A stretch of DNA of 64,000 bases from Pseudomonadota bacterium (GTDB lineage Bacteria; Pseudomonadota; Gammaproteobacteria; Pseudomonadales; Azotimanducaceae). The notes beneath the pieces are model-generated. The model was given only the letters and a program-made list of their open reading frames with translations, was not told the DNA's origin and did no database searches. Of this stretch, positions 29,813 through 39,556 are shown one piece after another (position 1 is the stretch's first letter; each line of letters starts with the position of its first letter). The position numbers were made by a program, and so were the translations under genes. The DNA lies in the NCBI GenBank assembly GCA_039198065.1, contig JBCCTU010000004.1:257795-321794 (forward strand). The letters are read 5' to 3'.

Positions 29813-31732
29813 ATGGCCCGCGAGCCGCGGCTCGTTGGCGAGAGCCTGCTCGGCGTCGGTCCGAGCACTCAGCGTCCGCCGAACACCTACTCATTCTTTA
29901 CCTATCTGGCCATTGGCTTCGTACTGGTTCTTGGCCTTATCTACGCGGCGCCGAATCTTTTCCAACCGGATCCAGCGCTGCAGCTCAAGGCACCGAACGG
30001 GGAAGATCGGGTAACCGCTGATCAGCTGGCTCGCGCGGTCGATGCGCTCACAGGCGCCGGTATTGTCATCAAGGCGAGCGACCTGACCGACGACGGTGCA
30101 GCGCTGATTCGCCTGACCGCCGACGACGACCAGTACCGCGGCCGCAAACTGGTCGACGAAGCGCTCAACGACGGTCGCGCTGAGCCGCTCATCGTGGCGT
30201 TGAATCGCGCCCCCACGACACCGGCCTGGCTGGCGGGTATGGGGGCTAAGCCCATGGCCCTCGGGCTCGATCTGTCCGGCGGCGTGCACTTCCTGCTACA
30301 GGTCGACATGGACAAGTTCTTAAGCGACCGCATGGCCTCGACCCAGGATGCGTTGCTGGATCTGTTTCGCGAGAACCGTGTCCGCTACGCGGGCCGAAAC
30401 TGGGTGCGGGGTACGGAGCTGCAAATCGCGTTTCAGTCCACGGACTACCGTGACCAGGCGCAGACCCTCATTGCCGAAGAGCTCGACGGCTTCCTGATCC
30501 GCACCCAAGACGTGGGTGCCAGGCCCGGTCTGCGCGTCTCGCTCACGGAAGAAAAAATCGCCGAACTCGAAGACTTCGCCATCACCCAAAACCTCACCAG
30601 CCTCAAGAATCGGGTGAATGAGCTCGGCGTCTCCGAGCCGCTGGTTCAGCGTCTTGGCCGGTCCCGCATCGTGGTTGATCTCCCGGGGCTGCAGGATCCA
30701 GCGGAAGCCAAAAAGATCATCAACAAATTTGCGAACCTAGATTTCCGCCTTGTGGCTGCGCAGGACGCCCGTGCGTCGCAGACCGAAACAATGGAGTACG
30801 AGGGTCGGGTGGTTACCCTCGAGCGCGCCAATATCGTTACCGGTGACCAGGTCACCAACGCGGTGCAGAACTTCGACCCGGAAACTCAGCAGCCCCAGGT
30901 GGCCATTACCCTTGATGCCGACGGTGGTCGCCGGATGAACGAGGTGACGCAGAGGAACGTCGGCAACCAGATGGCGATCATATTCAAGGAGCAGCTGCCG
31001 CGGACCCGGACCGAGACCGTCGATGGCAAAGACATCGTCGTGAACTATACCGTTGAGCAGCGTCGCCTGATCAGCGTCGCTACGATTCAGTCGGCGCTCG
31101 GCTTCAACTTTCGTATTACGGGCTTGAGTCTGACCGAAGCCCGGGATCTGGCGTTGTTGCTGCGTGCCGGTGCGCTGGCTGCGCCGATGTACATCGTCGA
31201 AGAGCGCACCGTTGGCGCCAGCCTTGGCGAGGCCAACATCAGCCAGGGAACGAGTGCCGTGGCCATTGGTTTCGCCCTGGTGCTGGTGTTCATGTTGATC
31301 TACTACCGCTGGTTCGGCCTTGCGGCCAATGTCGCGCTTGCCTTCAACCTGGTCCTGATCGCCGCGGTCATGTCACTGCTCGGTGCCACGCTAACCATGC
31401 CCGGTATCGCCGGCATCGTGCTGACTGTGGGTATGGCCGTAGACGCGAACGTGCTGATCTTCTCCCGCATTCGCGAAGAGCTAAAGGAACGGCCGCCGCA
31501 GCAGGCGATTGCCGCAGGCTTCGACCGCGCCTTCGTGACCATCCTCGATGCCAACATCACGACCTTCTTCGTGGCAATCATTCTATTCTCCGTCGGCAGC
31601 GGGCCGGTGCGTGGCTTCGCCGTTACCCTCGCCGTGGGTATCGTGACCTCCATGTTTACCGCGCTCCTGGTCACGCGTGCGCTGGTCAACCTCATGTACG
31701 GCGGTCGCAATCTGAAGGGGCTGGCGCTATGA
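29813..31732 (+). CDS. secD: Protein translocase subunit SecD
   Basis: ATG at 29813 lies inside track ORF 29762-31732. It has a large periplasmic domain and a C-terminal 6-TM SecD/F core. Confidence 0.93.
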   Translation: MAREPRLVGESLLGVGPSTQRPPNTYSFFTYLAIGFVLVLGLIYAAPNLFQPDPALQLKAPNGEDRVTADQLARAVDALTGAGIVIKASDLTDDGAALIRLTADDDQYRGRKLVDEALNDGRAEPLIVALNRAPTTPAWLAGMGAKPMALGLDLSGGVHFLLQVDMDKFLSDRMASTQDALLDLFRENRVRYAGRNWVRGTELQIAFQSTDYRDQAQTLIAEELDGFLIRTQDVGARPGLRVSLTEEKIAELEDFAITQNLTSLKNRVNELGVSEPLVQRLGRSRIVVDLPGLQDPAEAKKIINKFANLDFRLVAAQDARASQTETMEYEGRVVTLERANIVTGDQVTNAVQNFDPETQQPQVAITLDADGGRRMNEVTQRNVGNQMAIIFKEQLPRTRTETVDGKDIVVNYTVEQRRLISVATIQSALGFNFRITGLSLTEARDLALLLRAGALAAPMYIVEERTVGASLGEANISQGTSAVAIGFALVLVFMLIYYRWFGLAANVALAFNLVLIAAVMSLLGATLTMPGIAGIVLTVGMAVDANVLIFSRIREELKERPPQQAIAAGFDRAFVTILDANITTFFVAIILFSVGSGPVRGFAVTLAVGIVTSMFTALLVTRALVNLMYGGRNLKGLAL

Positions 31733-32688
31733 GTGATTCCACAACCGCTACGGCAAAGACGCCGGACCCGTTCCGCTTCGACTTCCTCGGTAAGCGCACC
31801 ATTGCCGCCGTGGTATCCATTGCTCTCATGATCGCGTCGATCCTGAGCCTGATTGTTCAGGGGCTCAATCTGGGTCTCGACTTTACCGAGGGGAGTGAAG
31901 TTGAAGTTGCACTTGCAGAGGCGGTGCCCGCCGAAGCGGTGCGCGAGCAGCTGACCGCGGCCGGGTTCGAGGGCGCCGTGGTGCAGAACTTCGGCTCCGA
32001 CCGCGAACTGCGCATTCGCATGCCGGTCCAGGCGGGTATTGAGCAGGCATCGACGGGTGATCGCATCCTTGAGGCGCTCGCGGCGAGCTATCCCGGTACG
32101 GACTTGCTGCAGTCCAACTTCGTTGGCCCGGCGGTTGGTGAAGAGCTCCGCGATGACGGTGGGCTGGCGCTGTTGGCGGCGTTGATCGTGGTCATGATCT
32201 ACATCCTCATTCGCTTTACCAAACAGTTTGCCGTCGGCGCTGTGGCGGCTCTAGTGCACGACGTCTTGATTGTGTTGGGTCTCTTCAGTCTATTTCGCTG
32301 GACCTTCGATCTGCCGGCGCTGGCGGCGCTGCTTGCCGTCATTGGCTATTCATTGAACGACACGATCGTCGTTTCGGACCGGATCCGAGAGAACTTCCGC
32401 CGAATCCGCCGCGGTGACTCGGTCACGGTCATCAACCGGTCGCTGAATCAGACCCTCGGGCGCACGCTGGTGACGTCGTTGACCACTCTGTTTGTGCTGC
32501 TGGCACTGCTGTTCGCCGGTGGTGAGGTGATCCGCTCCTTTGCACTCGCGCTGACCTTCGGTGTGCTCGTTGGTACCTACTCGTCCATCTACGTCGTCTC
32601 GAACGTCTTGCTGTGGATGAACATCCGCCGGGAAGACCTGCTCGAACCGATCAAAGAGGGGGCCGACGATCAGCCCCTAGTGCCCTGA
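31729..32688 (+). CDS. secF: Protein translocase subunit SecF
   Basis: 319 aa overlapping the secD stop, with a SecD/F 6-TM core. Confidence 0.93.
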   Translation: MSDSTTATAKTPDPFRFDFLGKRTIAAVVSIALMIASILSLIVQGLNLGLDFTEGSEVEVALAEAVPAEAVREQLTAAGFEGAVVQNFGSDRELRIRMPVQAGIEQASTGDRILEALAASYPGTDLLQSNFVGPAVGEELRDDGGLALLAALIVVMIYILIRFTKQFAVGAVAALVHDVLIVLGLFSLFRWTFDLPALAALLAVIGYSLNDTIVVSDRIRENFRRIRRGDSVTVINRSLNQTLGRTLVTSLTTLFVLLALLFAGGEVIRSFALALTFGVLVGTYSSIYVVSNVLLWMNIRREDLLEPIKEGADDQPLVP

Positions 32689-32746
32689 AGCGAAGGTGCC
32701 CTGAAGCGAAGGTGCCTTGAAGCGACGGCGCCCTGATCCGACGGGG
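32683..32746. repeat. Four tandem 16-bp units (CCCTGAAGCGAAGGTG x2, then two diverged copies)
   Basis: Units lie at 32683-98, 32699-714, 32715-30 and 32731-46. The first unit contains the secF stop codon (32686-88). Confidence 0.8.
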
Positions 32747-32769
32747 CCTCACATGAACCGGGGAAGCGC

Positions 32770-33567
32770 GTGACCGTAGATCTCGCAGATCAGGTTGTCC
32801 TCATTACCGGCGCCAATCGCGGTATCGGCCGCGAAATGGCGACCGCACTCGGCCGACACCGGGCTCAGGTGGCACTGACTGCACGAGACCCTGATACGCT
32901 GCTCGATGTGGCAAAGACAATTGACGCGAGTGGGGGCACCAGCAGTCGCTTCCAGCTCGATGTCTGTAACGCAGCGAGCGTCGAGCGCGCCGTGGATACC
33001 GTCATCAACCGCTACGGGCGCATCGATCTGCTCATCAACAATGCCGGTATCGGTGATGGCACCGAACTGCCCTGGGAGCAGTCCGTGGATGCTCTGCAGG
33101 CGGTCCTCGACGTCAATCTGCTGGGCCCGTTTCGCGTCACCCGCGCAGTCATGCCGCACATGCAGCGAGCCGGGTCCGGGCGTATCGTCGATGTGGGCAG
33201 CTTGATCGGGGCCAACCCCAACCCTAGGGCAACACCCTATGCGGTAAGTAAGGCTGCCCTGTTCCGGTGGAATTCCTGTCTTGCCGCCGGGGCAGAGCCG
33301 TTCGGGGTCAAAGTCTTCATCATTAGTCCGGGGTTGGTCCGAACCGACATGACCTCGATCCCACGCTTTGATGACATACCGGCGGATCAGTGGGTGCCGA
33401 TCGAGAAGACCGGTGAGCTGATCGTCGCCCTTGCGAGCGGTCGCGCCGATGCGCTGAGCGGCCGCTTTATTCATGCCATGGATGATCTCAACGCGCTGGT
33501 TGCTGCCGCTGATGACATTCAGGACCGCAACTTACAGACCTTGGGCTTCATACCCTTCGAGCCGTAG
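32770..33567 (+). CDS. Short-chain dehydrogenase/reductase (SDR) family oxidoreductase
   Basis: 265 aa with the cofactor motif TGANRGIG, NNAG, and the catalytic YAVSKAAL. Confidence 0.88.
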   Translation: MTVDLADQVVLITGANRGIGREMATALGRHRAQVALTARDPDTLLDVAKTIDASGGTSSRFQLDVCNAASVERAVDTVINRYGRIDLLINNAGIGDGTELPWEQSVDALQAVLDVNLLGPFRVTRAVMPHMQRAGSGRIVDVGSLIGANPNPRATPYAVSKAALFRWNSCLAAGAEPFGVKVFIISPGLVRTDMTSIPRFDDIPADQWVPIEKTGELIVALASGRADALSGRFIHAMDDLNALVAAADDIQDRNLQTLGFIPFEP

Positions 33568-33601
33568 CTGAGCGGGCGACGCTGCGTCCTGCGATCAGCG
33601 A

Positions 33602-34414
33602 TCAGCGGTGTTCCGCGTGTATCTCCGGCGTCAGGTGCGGCTTGATGGTCTGAATCATCGCGCTGAAGAGCTTCCGGTTCGCAGCGACGATGTTGCCGCT
33701 GCTGAGGTGTGAGTCGCCGCCGCTGAAATCACCCACGAACCCGCCAGCCTCGGTGACGAGCAGCGCCCCGGCGGCGATGTCCCAGAGCGACAGCCCGAGT
33801 TCGAACATGCCGTCGACACGGCCGGCGGCGACATAGGCCAGGTCCAGGGCCGCCGAGCCCAGGCGCCGCACGGCTACACTTTTCTCGGTGACGTCAGCGA
33901 GCATGGGGAAGTAGGCCGGGCCGTGTTTGCGGATCGTGGCCGGTGGGATGCCGCTGACAAGAACGGCTTCGTCGAGGCGGCTCGGCGTTGTCACGCGCAT
34001 CCGCTTGCCGTTGAGCTGCGCGCCCTGGCCTCGGGATGCGACGAACTCCTCGTTGCGCACCGGGTCCACGACCACGGCGTGCTCGACGCGCCGGCCCTGC
34101 AGGGCGGCAATCGAAATACAGAAGTGCGGGATGCCGCGAACGAAGTTCAGGGTGCCGTCGATGGGATCGATGACCCAGTTCATCTCACCGGGCGGGTAGA
34201 GCTGGCCCGATTCCTCCCCCTGGATACCGTGATCGGGGTAGGCCTGGTGTAGGGCTTCGGCAATTACCGCTTCGACTTCCTGGTCGACGTTAGAAACGAA
34301 ATCGTTGACCGCTTTCTGCGACACCTCTAACTCGTCGAGACGATCCATGGCGCGGAGCGCAACCGTGGAAGCCTGTCGGGCGGCGCGTAGAGCAATCCGA
34401 ACTGGCGGCTGCAT
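33602..34414 (-). CDS. suhB: Inositol monophosphatase family protein SuhB
   Basis: Contains the IMPase motifs WVIDPIDGTLNF and WDIAAGALLV. It is divergent from trmJ, as in E. coli. I preferred the ATG at 34414 over the GTG at 34420. Confidence 0.9.
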   Translation of the reverse strand: MQPPVRIALRAARQASTVALRAMDRLDELEVSQKAVNDFVSNVDQEVEAVIAEALHQAYPDHGIQGEESGQLYPPGEMNWVIDPIDGTLNFVRGIPHFCISIAALQGRRVEHAVVVDPVRNEEFVASRGQGAQLNGKRMRVTTPSRLDEAVLVSGIPPATIRKHGPAYFPMLADVTEKSVAVRRLGSAALDLAYVAAGRVDGMFELGLSLWDIAAGALLVTEAGGFVGDFSGGDSHLSSGNIVAANRKLFSAMIQTIKPHLTPEIHAEHR

Positions 34415-34507
34415 GACCACCCCCGTTGGAACTATTGGCGGGCATCCTAACAGTGCGGTTAAGGTGGCGCGCCGTTGTGATGATTCTGGGAATGAGGTAG
34501 CTCAGTC

Positions 34508-35311
34508 ATGGTCGATGCATTGTCCACGGCAGTACGCTTTGTGCTGGTCGAGCCGGATCATCCGGGCAACATCGGCGGCGCCTGCCGGGCGTTGAAAAAC
34601 ATGGGCTACGGCTCGCTCGAACTGATTAACCCCAAACGTTTCCCCGATCCGCAGGCGGAGTGGCGCGCGGCCGGTGCGCAGGATGTGCTCGACGCCGTCC
34701 GGGTTCACGAGCGGCTCGAGGACGTCATCGACGACTGTGAGTGGGTCGTGGGCACGAGCGCTCGTTCCCGTAACATTCCCTGGCCGCTGGTCACGCCCCG
34801 CACGCTTGGCGCCCGACTTGCGGAAAAACCACCGAGTGGTCCAGTGGCGATCCTCTTTGGTCGGGAAACCAACGGCCTTTATAACGAGGAGCTCCAGCGC
34901 TGCCAGCTACACCTCGCGATACCCGGCAATCCGGCATACCCCTCGCTGAACCTTGCCATGGCGGTGCAGGTCGTCGCCTATGAACTGCACCTCGCCGGTG
35001 TGGGTCTGGGCGAGCGAGCCGCCGGCGATGCGATCGACTGGGCCGGTAACGATCGGCCCTTTGCTTCGTCCGGGGAGGTCGATCGGGTGGTTCGGCATCT
35101 CGAGCGGATGGCGACGGGCAGCGGCTTCGTCGATCCGGAAAGCCCAGGACAGACGTTGACGCGCTTCCGGCGGCTGCTCCTGAAGGCTGAGCTCGATCGA
35201 ACCGAGGTGGCGATGCTGCACGGGCTGTTTAAGCAGGTCGGCTATCCCTTAGACGGCTCGGAAGAATTGAATTCGGCCATTTCGACGGGATCAACCGGTG
35301 CATCAGAATAG
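34508..35311 (+). CDS. trmJ: tRNA (cytidine/uridine-2'-O)-methyltransferase TrmJ (SpoU family)
   Basis: 267 aa. The N-terminus VLVEPDHPGNIGGACRALKNMG and the position upstream of iscR fit TrmJ. Confidence 0.88.
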   Translation: MVDALSTAVRFVLVEPDHPGNIGGACRALKNMGYGSLELINPKRFPDPQAEWRAAGAQDVLDAVRVHERLEDVIDDCEWVVGTSARSRNIPWPLVTPRTLGARLAEKPPSGPVAILFGRETNGLYNEELQRCQLHLAIPGNPAYPSLNLAMAVQVVAYELHLAGVGLGERAAGDAIDWAGNDRPFASSGEVDRVVRHLERMATGSGFVDPESPGQTLTRFRRLLLKAELDRTEVAMLHGLFKQVGYPLDGSEELNSAISTGSTGASE

Positions 35312-35332
35312 TAGACCGATTTACTCGGGTAT
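35308..35332. promoter_or_regulatory. Candidate type-1 IscR binding site in the iscR promoter
   Basis: ATAGTAGACCGATTTACTCGGGTAT compared with the remembered consensus ATASYYGACTRWWWYAGTCRRSTAT matches at about 22/25 positions by hand. It also resembles the E. coli iscR site (GACCAATTTACTCGGGAAT). A second dyad, ATTCC-N10-GGAAT, lies at 35345-35364. Confidence 0.5.
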
Positions 35333-35421
35333 TAGATACTAACGATTCCCATTTATCTCGGAATACCGCGCGCAGGCGTGACCACGCGACTGTTGCTGCC
35401 CCTGGAGCCGAAGATTCCTCG

Positions 35422-35871
35422 ATGCGATTGACGACTAAAGGCCGCTACGCCGTCACGGCGATGCTCGACATAGCGTTACACGGCCAGGAGCGGGCGGTGA
35501 GTGTTGCCGATATCTCGGAGCGCCAGGGAATTTCTGGTCCATACCTCGAACAGCTGTTCACCAAGCTTAAGCGAGCCGGTCTGCTCCACAGTCGGCGCGG
35601 TCCCGGAGGTGGCTACGAAATCGCCCGGGCCCTCGAAGCGATTTCCGTATCGGAAATCGTCCACGCCGTGGGTGATGGGGTCGATGCCACTCGCTGCCAT
35701 GGGGCCGCGGATTGCCGGGAGGGCATGAAGTGCCTAACGCACGATCTCTGGACGGAGCTGTCCGAAGAGATTGATGGCTTTCTGCGCGCGGTTACGCTGG
35801 CTCGTCTGGTGGAAAAGCAGCCGAGTTTTGCCGCAGCGCCCGACAGTCGGATACACACGCTGACGCTTTAA
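35422..35871 (+). CDS. iscR: Fe-S cluster assembly transcriptional regulator IscR (Rrf2 family)
   Basis: 149 aa with N-terminus MRLTTKGRYAVTAMLDIAL. The cluster ligand pattern C-X5-C-X5-C-X2-H is present (CHGAADCREGMKCLTH). Confidence 0.9.
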   Translation: MRLTTKGRYAVTAMLDIALHGQERAVSVADISERQGISGPYLEQLFTKLKRAGLLHSRRGPGGGYEIARALEAISVSEIVHAVGDGVDATRCHGAADCREGMKCLTHDLWTELSEEIDGFLRAVTLARLVEKQPSFAAAPDSRIHTLTL

Positions 35872-35929
35872 CGATCCTGGCCGTGATCCTGGGCTGGACC
35901 CGCGGTGCGGCACATCGGAGGATGCCCCT

Positions 35930-37078
35930 GTGACGCTTTCCATCTACGCCGACTACGCAGCAACAACCCCGGTCGACCCGCGGGTTGCGGACGCCATGGC
36001 CCGGCATCTCACCCAGGACGGCGTCTTCGGCAACCCTGCGTCACGATCGCACGGCTTCGGTTGGGATGCCGAAGAGGCCGTAGAGCTTGCTCGGGGCCAG
36101 ATCGCGGCGCTCATCAACGCCGACCCCCGGGAAATCGTCTTCACCTCCGGTGCGACAGAAAGCGACAACCTGGCGCTCAAGGGTGTCTTGTTGCGCGAGC
36201 CGGCCGGTCACCTGATCACCAGCGCCATCGAGCACAAGGCCGTCATCGATACGGCAACCTGGCTCGAGGCGCGCGGTTACTCGGTTACGTTTCTTGAGCC
36301 TCGCTCCGATGGGTTGGTGCATCTTGATCAGGTGGCGGCGGCTGTCCGCCCGGACACGCGGCTCGTATCGCTCATGCACGTCAACAACGAGCTCGGCACG
36401 GCCCTCGAACTCGGGCCGATCGGGCGCTGGTGCCGGGAACGAAACATCCTTTTTCATACCGACGCGGCGCAGGGGTTCGGCAAGCTGCCCATCGACGTGC
36501 GCGCCGACGCCATCGATCTGCTGAGCGTCTCGGGCCACAAAATCTACGGCCCCAAGGGCGTTGGCATACTGTGTGTGCGTCGCGATCCGCCGCTGGCGCT
36601 AGAAGCGCAGATGCACGGTGGAGGGCACGAGCGGGGGCTCCGCTCCGGTACGCTGCCCACCCATCAGATCGTTGGTTTGGGTCTGGCGGCGGAGATCATG
36701 CGTATCGAAGGACCGGCGGAGGCAGAACGGTTGCTTGCGTTGCGCGAGCGGCTGCTCGACGGCGTGCTGGCGATTCCCGGAACTCGCCTGCACGGCGATC
36801 GTCACCAGCGCGTTGCTGGCATCGTTAACCTCGGTTTCGAGGGCGTCGACGGCGAGACGCTCCTGATGGCGCTCGACGACGTCGCCGCATCGAACGGCTC
36901 GGCCTGCACGTCAGCGAGTGTCGAACCGAGTTTTGTGCTGCGCGCGATTGGCGTTCCCGATGCCATCGCGCACGCGTCGCTGCGGTTGTCCGTGGGCCGC
37001 TACAGCACCGAGGCAGACGTGGATCACATGGTGGCCAGGCTCCGCGAGATCACCCAGCGGCTGCGCACTGCGGCCTGA
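35930..37078 (+). CDS. iscS: Cysteine desulfurase (IscS/NifS group I)
   Basis: 382 aa with PLP-Lys motif SGHKIYGPKGVG and an active-site Cys loop SNGSACTSAS. It is somewhat shorter than E. coli IscS. Confidence 0.88.
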   Translation: MTLSIYADYAATTPVDPRVADAMARHLTQDGVFGNPASRSHGFGWDAEEAVELARGQIAALINADPREIVFTSGATESDNLALKGVLLREPAGHLITSAIEHKAVIDTATWLEARGYSVTFLEPRSDGLVHLDQVAAAVRPDTRLVSLMHVNNELGTALELGPIGRWCRERNILFHTDAAQGFGKLPIDVRADAIDLLSVSGHKIYGPKGVGILCVRRDPPLALEAQMHGGGHERGLRSGTLPTHQIVGLGLAAEIMRIEGPAEAERLLALRERLLDGVLAIPGTRLHGDRHQRVAGIVNLGFEGVDGETLLMALDDVAASNGSACTSASVEPSFVLRAIGVPDAIAHASLRLSVGRYSTEADVDHMVARLREITQRLRTAA

Positions 37079-37237
37079 GGCGCAGTCGCGTATACTCCGC
37101 GCGCTTCGCGCCGCACTTAGGCCGGCGCTTTGACAAAATAAACCGCAATTTCAGAGGGTTGCCTGCGTTTCTAAGACTCGCCATGAGACCATGGGCGACG
37201 CTAACGCGGCACTAGGCACTTGGTACTGGAGAGAGAG

Positions 37238-37678
37238 ATGGCCCCCGCAGCACACACCGAACGCACCTTTTCCATCGTTAAACCCGATGCGGTCGCGCGC
37301 AACATCATCGGCAAGATTTTCTCGCGCTTCGAAAGCAACGGGCTGACGATCGTTGCGGCGAAAATGGCGCGGCTCAGCCGTGAGCAGGCCGAGGGCTTTT
37401 ACGCCGAACATAAGGAACGTCCGTTCTTCAACGACCTCGTCACCTACATGACGTCCGGACCGGTCGTCCTGCAGGTGCTCGAGGGTGAAGGCGCGATCAT
37501 AAAGAACCGCGAACTCATGGGCGCGACTAACCCGAAGGATGCCGCACCGGGTACGATCCGCGCGGACTTCGCGGAGTCTGTCGAAGCGAACGCCGTGCAC
37601 GGCAGCGACTCGCCGGAGTCCGCGGCCCGGGAGATCGCGTTTTTCTTCACCGATGAGGAGCTGTGTGACCGCGTCTGA
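37238..37678 (+). CDS. ndk: Nucleoside diphosphate kinase
   Basis: ATG at 37238 follows GGAGAGAGAG. The product contains [12 protein letters not shown] and the active-site NAVHGSDS. Confidence 0.93.
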   Translation: MAPAAHTERTFSIVKPDAVARNIIGKIFSRFESNGLTIVAAKMARLSREQAEGFYAEHKERPFFNDLVTYMTSGPVVLQVLEGEGAIIKNRELMGATNPKDAAPGTIRADFAESVEANAVHGSDSPESAAREIAFFFTDEELCDRV

Positions 37679-38795
37679 CGCCAGGGTACCAACGGTTGAG
37701 GCGTTGAACTTCTTCGGCCTCGATCGATTGGGAATCGAAAACCTGTTCGCCGAACGCTACGGCGGCAAGCCCTTTCGTGCGCGTCAGTTTCTGAAGTGGG
37801 TGTACCACCAGGGTGTGCGCGACCCGCAAGCTATGACGAATCTTGCGCAAACCGTGCGCGACGACCTTTCGGCCATCGGCGAGTTCGCGCTCCCGGAAGT
37901 CGTGCACCGCGCTAAATCGCAAGACGGAACGGTCAAGTGGGCCATTCGCGTCGCCGGTGGCAATACGGTGGAAACCGTCCTCATCCCGGACCGCGGGCGC
38001 AACACGCTGTGCGTATCGAGCCAGGCGGGCTGCGTCCTTGACTGCAGTTTCTGCTCGACCGGCAAACAGGGATTCAGCGGCAATCTCAGCACGGCGGAAA
38101 TCATTGGTCAGCTACTCATCGCTAATGCGGAGCTGGCGGCTCAGGGTGAAGCGGTGTCGAACGTCGTCTTCATGGGGATGGGTGAGCCGTTGCTGAATCT
38201 CGACGCCGTGCTGCCTGCCATCAATTTGATGATGGACGATCTGGCCTTTGGTATCTCCAAGCGCCGAGTTACGGTTTCGACCGCCGGCGTCGTACCGCAA
38301 ATCGAAGCACTGGGGCAGGCCACGGACTGCTCGCTCGCGATTTCACTCCACGCTCCGACCGACGCGCTCCGTAACGAATTGGTACCGTTGAATCGCAAGT
38401 ATCCGCTGGCGGTTCTTCTGGATGCCTGCAACCGCTATGTTGAAGGCCTGGGCGAGCGACGGACCCTGACCATGGAGTACACGCTGATCCGCGGCGTCAA
38501 CGACAGCCTGGCCGATGCTCGGGCGTTGGTTGCTTTGTTGCGTGACGTTCGCTGCAAGATCAACCTGATTCCGTTTAACCCGTTTCCGGGTTCCGGCTAC
38601 GAACGCCCGAGCATGAACCGGGTGCGGGCCTTTCAGACGTTGCTCCTCGATGCCGGAGCCTCGGCCATGCTGCGTACCACGCGCGGAGACGACATCGATG
38701 CGGCCTGCGGTCAACTCGTTGGTGCCGTGAACGACCGCACCCGTCGTCAGCAACGCTATCGGGATCGACTGCAGGCGCAGGGGAGCATTCGGTGA
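37653..38795 (+). CDS. rlmN: 23S rRNA/tRNA adenine-C2 methyltransferase RlmN (radical SAM)
   Basis: Carries the radical SAM motif [11 protein letters not shown]. Either the ATG at 37653 or the GTG at 37665 (GAGGAG 4 nt upstream) could be the start. Both lie inside the ndk 3' end. Confidence 0.9.
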   Translation: MRSCVTASDARVPTVEALNFFGLDRLGIENLFAERYGGKPFRARQFLKWVYHQGVRDPQAMTNLAQTVRDDLSAIGEFALPEVVHRAKSQDGTVKWAIRVAGGNTVETVLIPDRGRNTLCVSSQAGCVLDCSFCSTGKQGFSGNLSTAEIIGQLLIANAELAAQGEAVSNVVFMGMGEPLLNLDAVLPAINLMMDDLAFGISKRRVTVSTAGVVPQIEALGQATDCSLAISLHAPTDALRNELVPLNRKYPLAVLLDACNRYVEGLGERRTLTMEYTLIRGVNDSLADARALVALLRDVRCKINLIPFNPFPGSGYERPSMNRVRAFQTLLLDAGASAMLRTTRGDDIDAACGQLVGAVNDRTRRQQRYRDRLQAQGSIR

Positions 38796-39547
38796 TGAGT
38801 CGATGGCTTGCGGTGTTGGCCGTTGTCGGTGGGCTGCTCGGCGGCTGTGTGACGAGCCAGACCGGCGGTCTGCCGCAGCCGGCACCGAAACAGGAGCGCG
38901 TGCGCGCCTACCTCGATCTCGCTCGCGGGCTGCTGAACGAAGGCAACCTCGACCGCGCCCGCGATCCCCTCGACCGGGCACTGGCACTGGATCCGGAGTC
39001 GGTGGAGGCGCACGTGCTGAAGGCGGTGCTGAGCGAAAACACCGGCGAAACGGGAATTGCGGAGAGCCTTTATGCGCAAGCGTTGCGGCTCGACGGCGAC
39101 GACGCTCAGGCGCTCAACAACTATGGCGGGTTTCTGTTGCGCCAGGGACGACTGGAGGAGGCGTTGGAGAAGCTGCGGCGCTCGGTAGAAGACCCGTCTT
39201 ACCCTCGCCGCAGCGTCGCCTATGAAAACCTTGGCGTTGCGGAACTCAGCGCGGGCAATCAACCTGCGGCTAAGCTTGCCTTCGCTCGCGCGCTGTCCCT
39301 TGATGCGGATCTCCCGCGCGCCAATCTTGAGCTTGCATCGCTCGAGTTCGCAGAGGGCAACAGCCAGATCGCCAGCGACTTTTACGAGCGCTATCGACTG
39401 CAGGCCCGGCAGACGCCGAAGAGTCTGTGCCTCGGCATCAACATCGCGCGGGCGCTTGGCGACCGCGACCGGTTGGCGAGCTTCAGCATCGCGCTGCGCA
39501 ACCTGTACCCGCGGTCTGAAGAAGCCAAACGCTGCGTTGGTGGTTGA
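38792..39547 (+). CDS. pilW: Type IV pilus biogenesis/stability TPR lipoprotein PilW
   Basis: Has a lipobox (LLGGC) after a signal sequence, TPR repeats, and a position between rlmN and rodZ. Confidence 0.75.
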   Translation: MMSRWLAVLAVVGGLLGGCVTSQTGGLPQPAPKQERVRAYLDLARGLLNEGNLDRARDPLDRALALDPESVEAHVLKAVLSENTGETGIAESLYAQALRLDGDDAQALNNYGGFLLRQGRLEEALEKLRRSVEDPSYPRRSVAYENLGVAELSAGNQPAAKLAFARALSLDADLPRANLELASLEFAEGNSQIASDFYERYRLQARQTPKSLCLGINIARALGDRDRLASFSIALRNLYPRSEEAKRCVGG

Positions 39548-39556
39548 GGAACGGTA

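Noticed and set aside
32683-32746. Possible CRISPR array (also considered for 40822-40890 and 59995-60060)
   Set aside because: The units are 15-16 bp, directly tandem without spacers, and two of the three arrays are inside coding sequence. No cas genes are present. These are simple tandem repeats.
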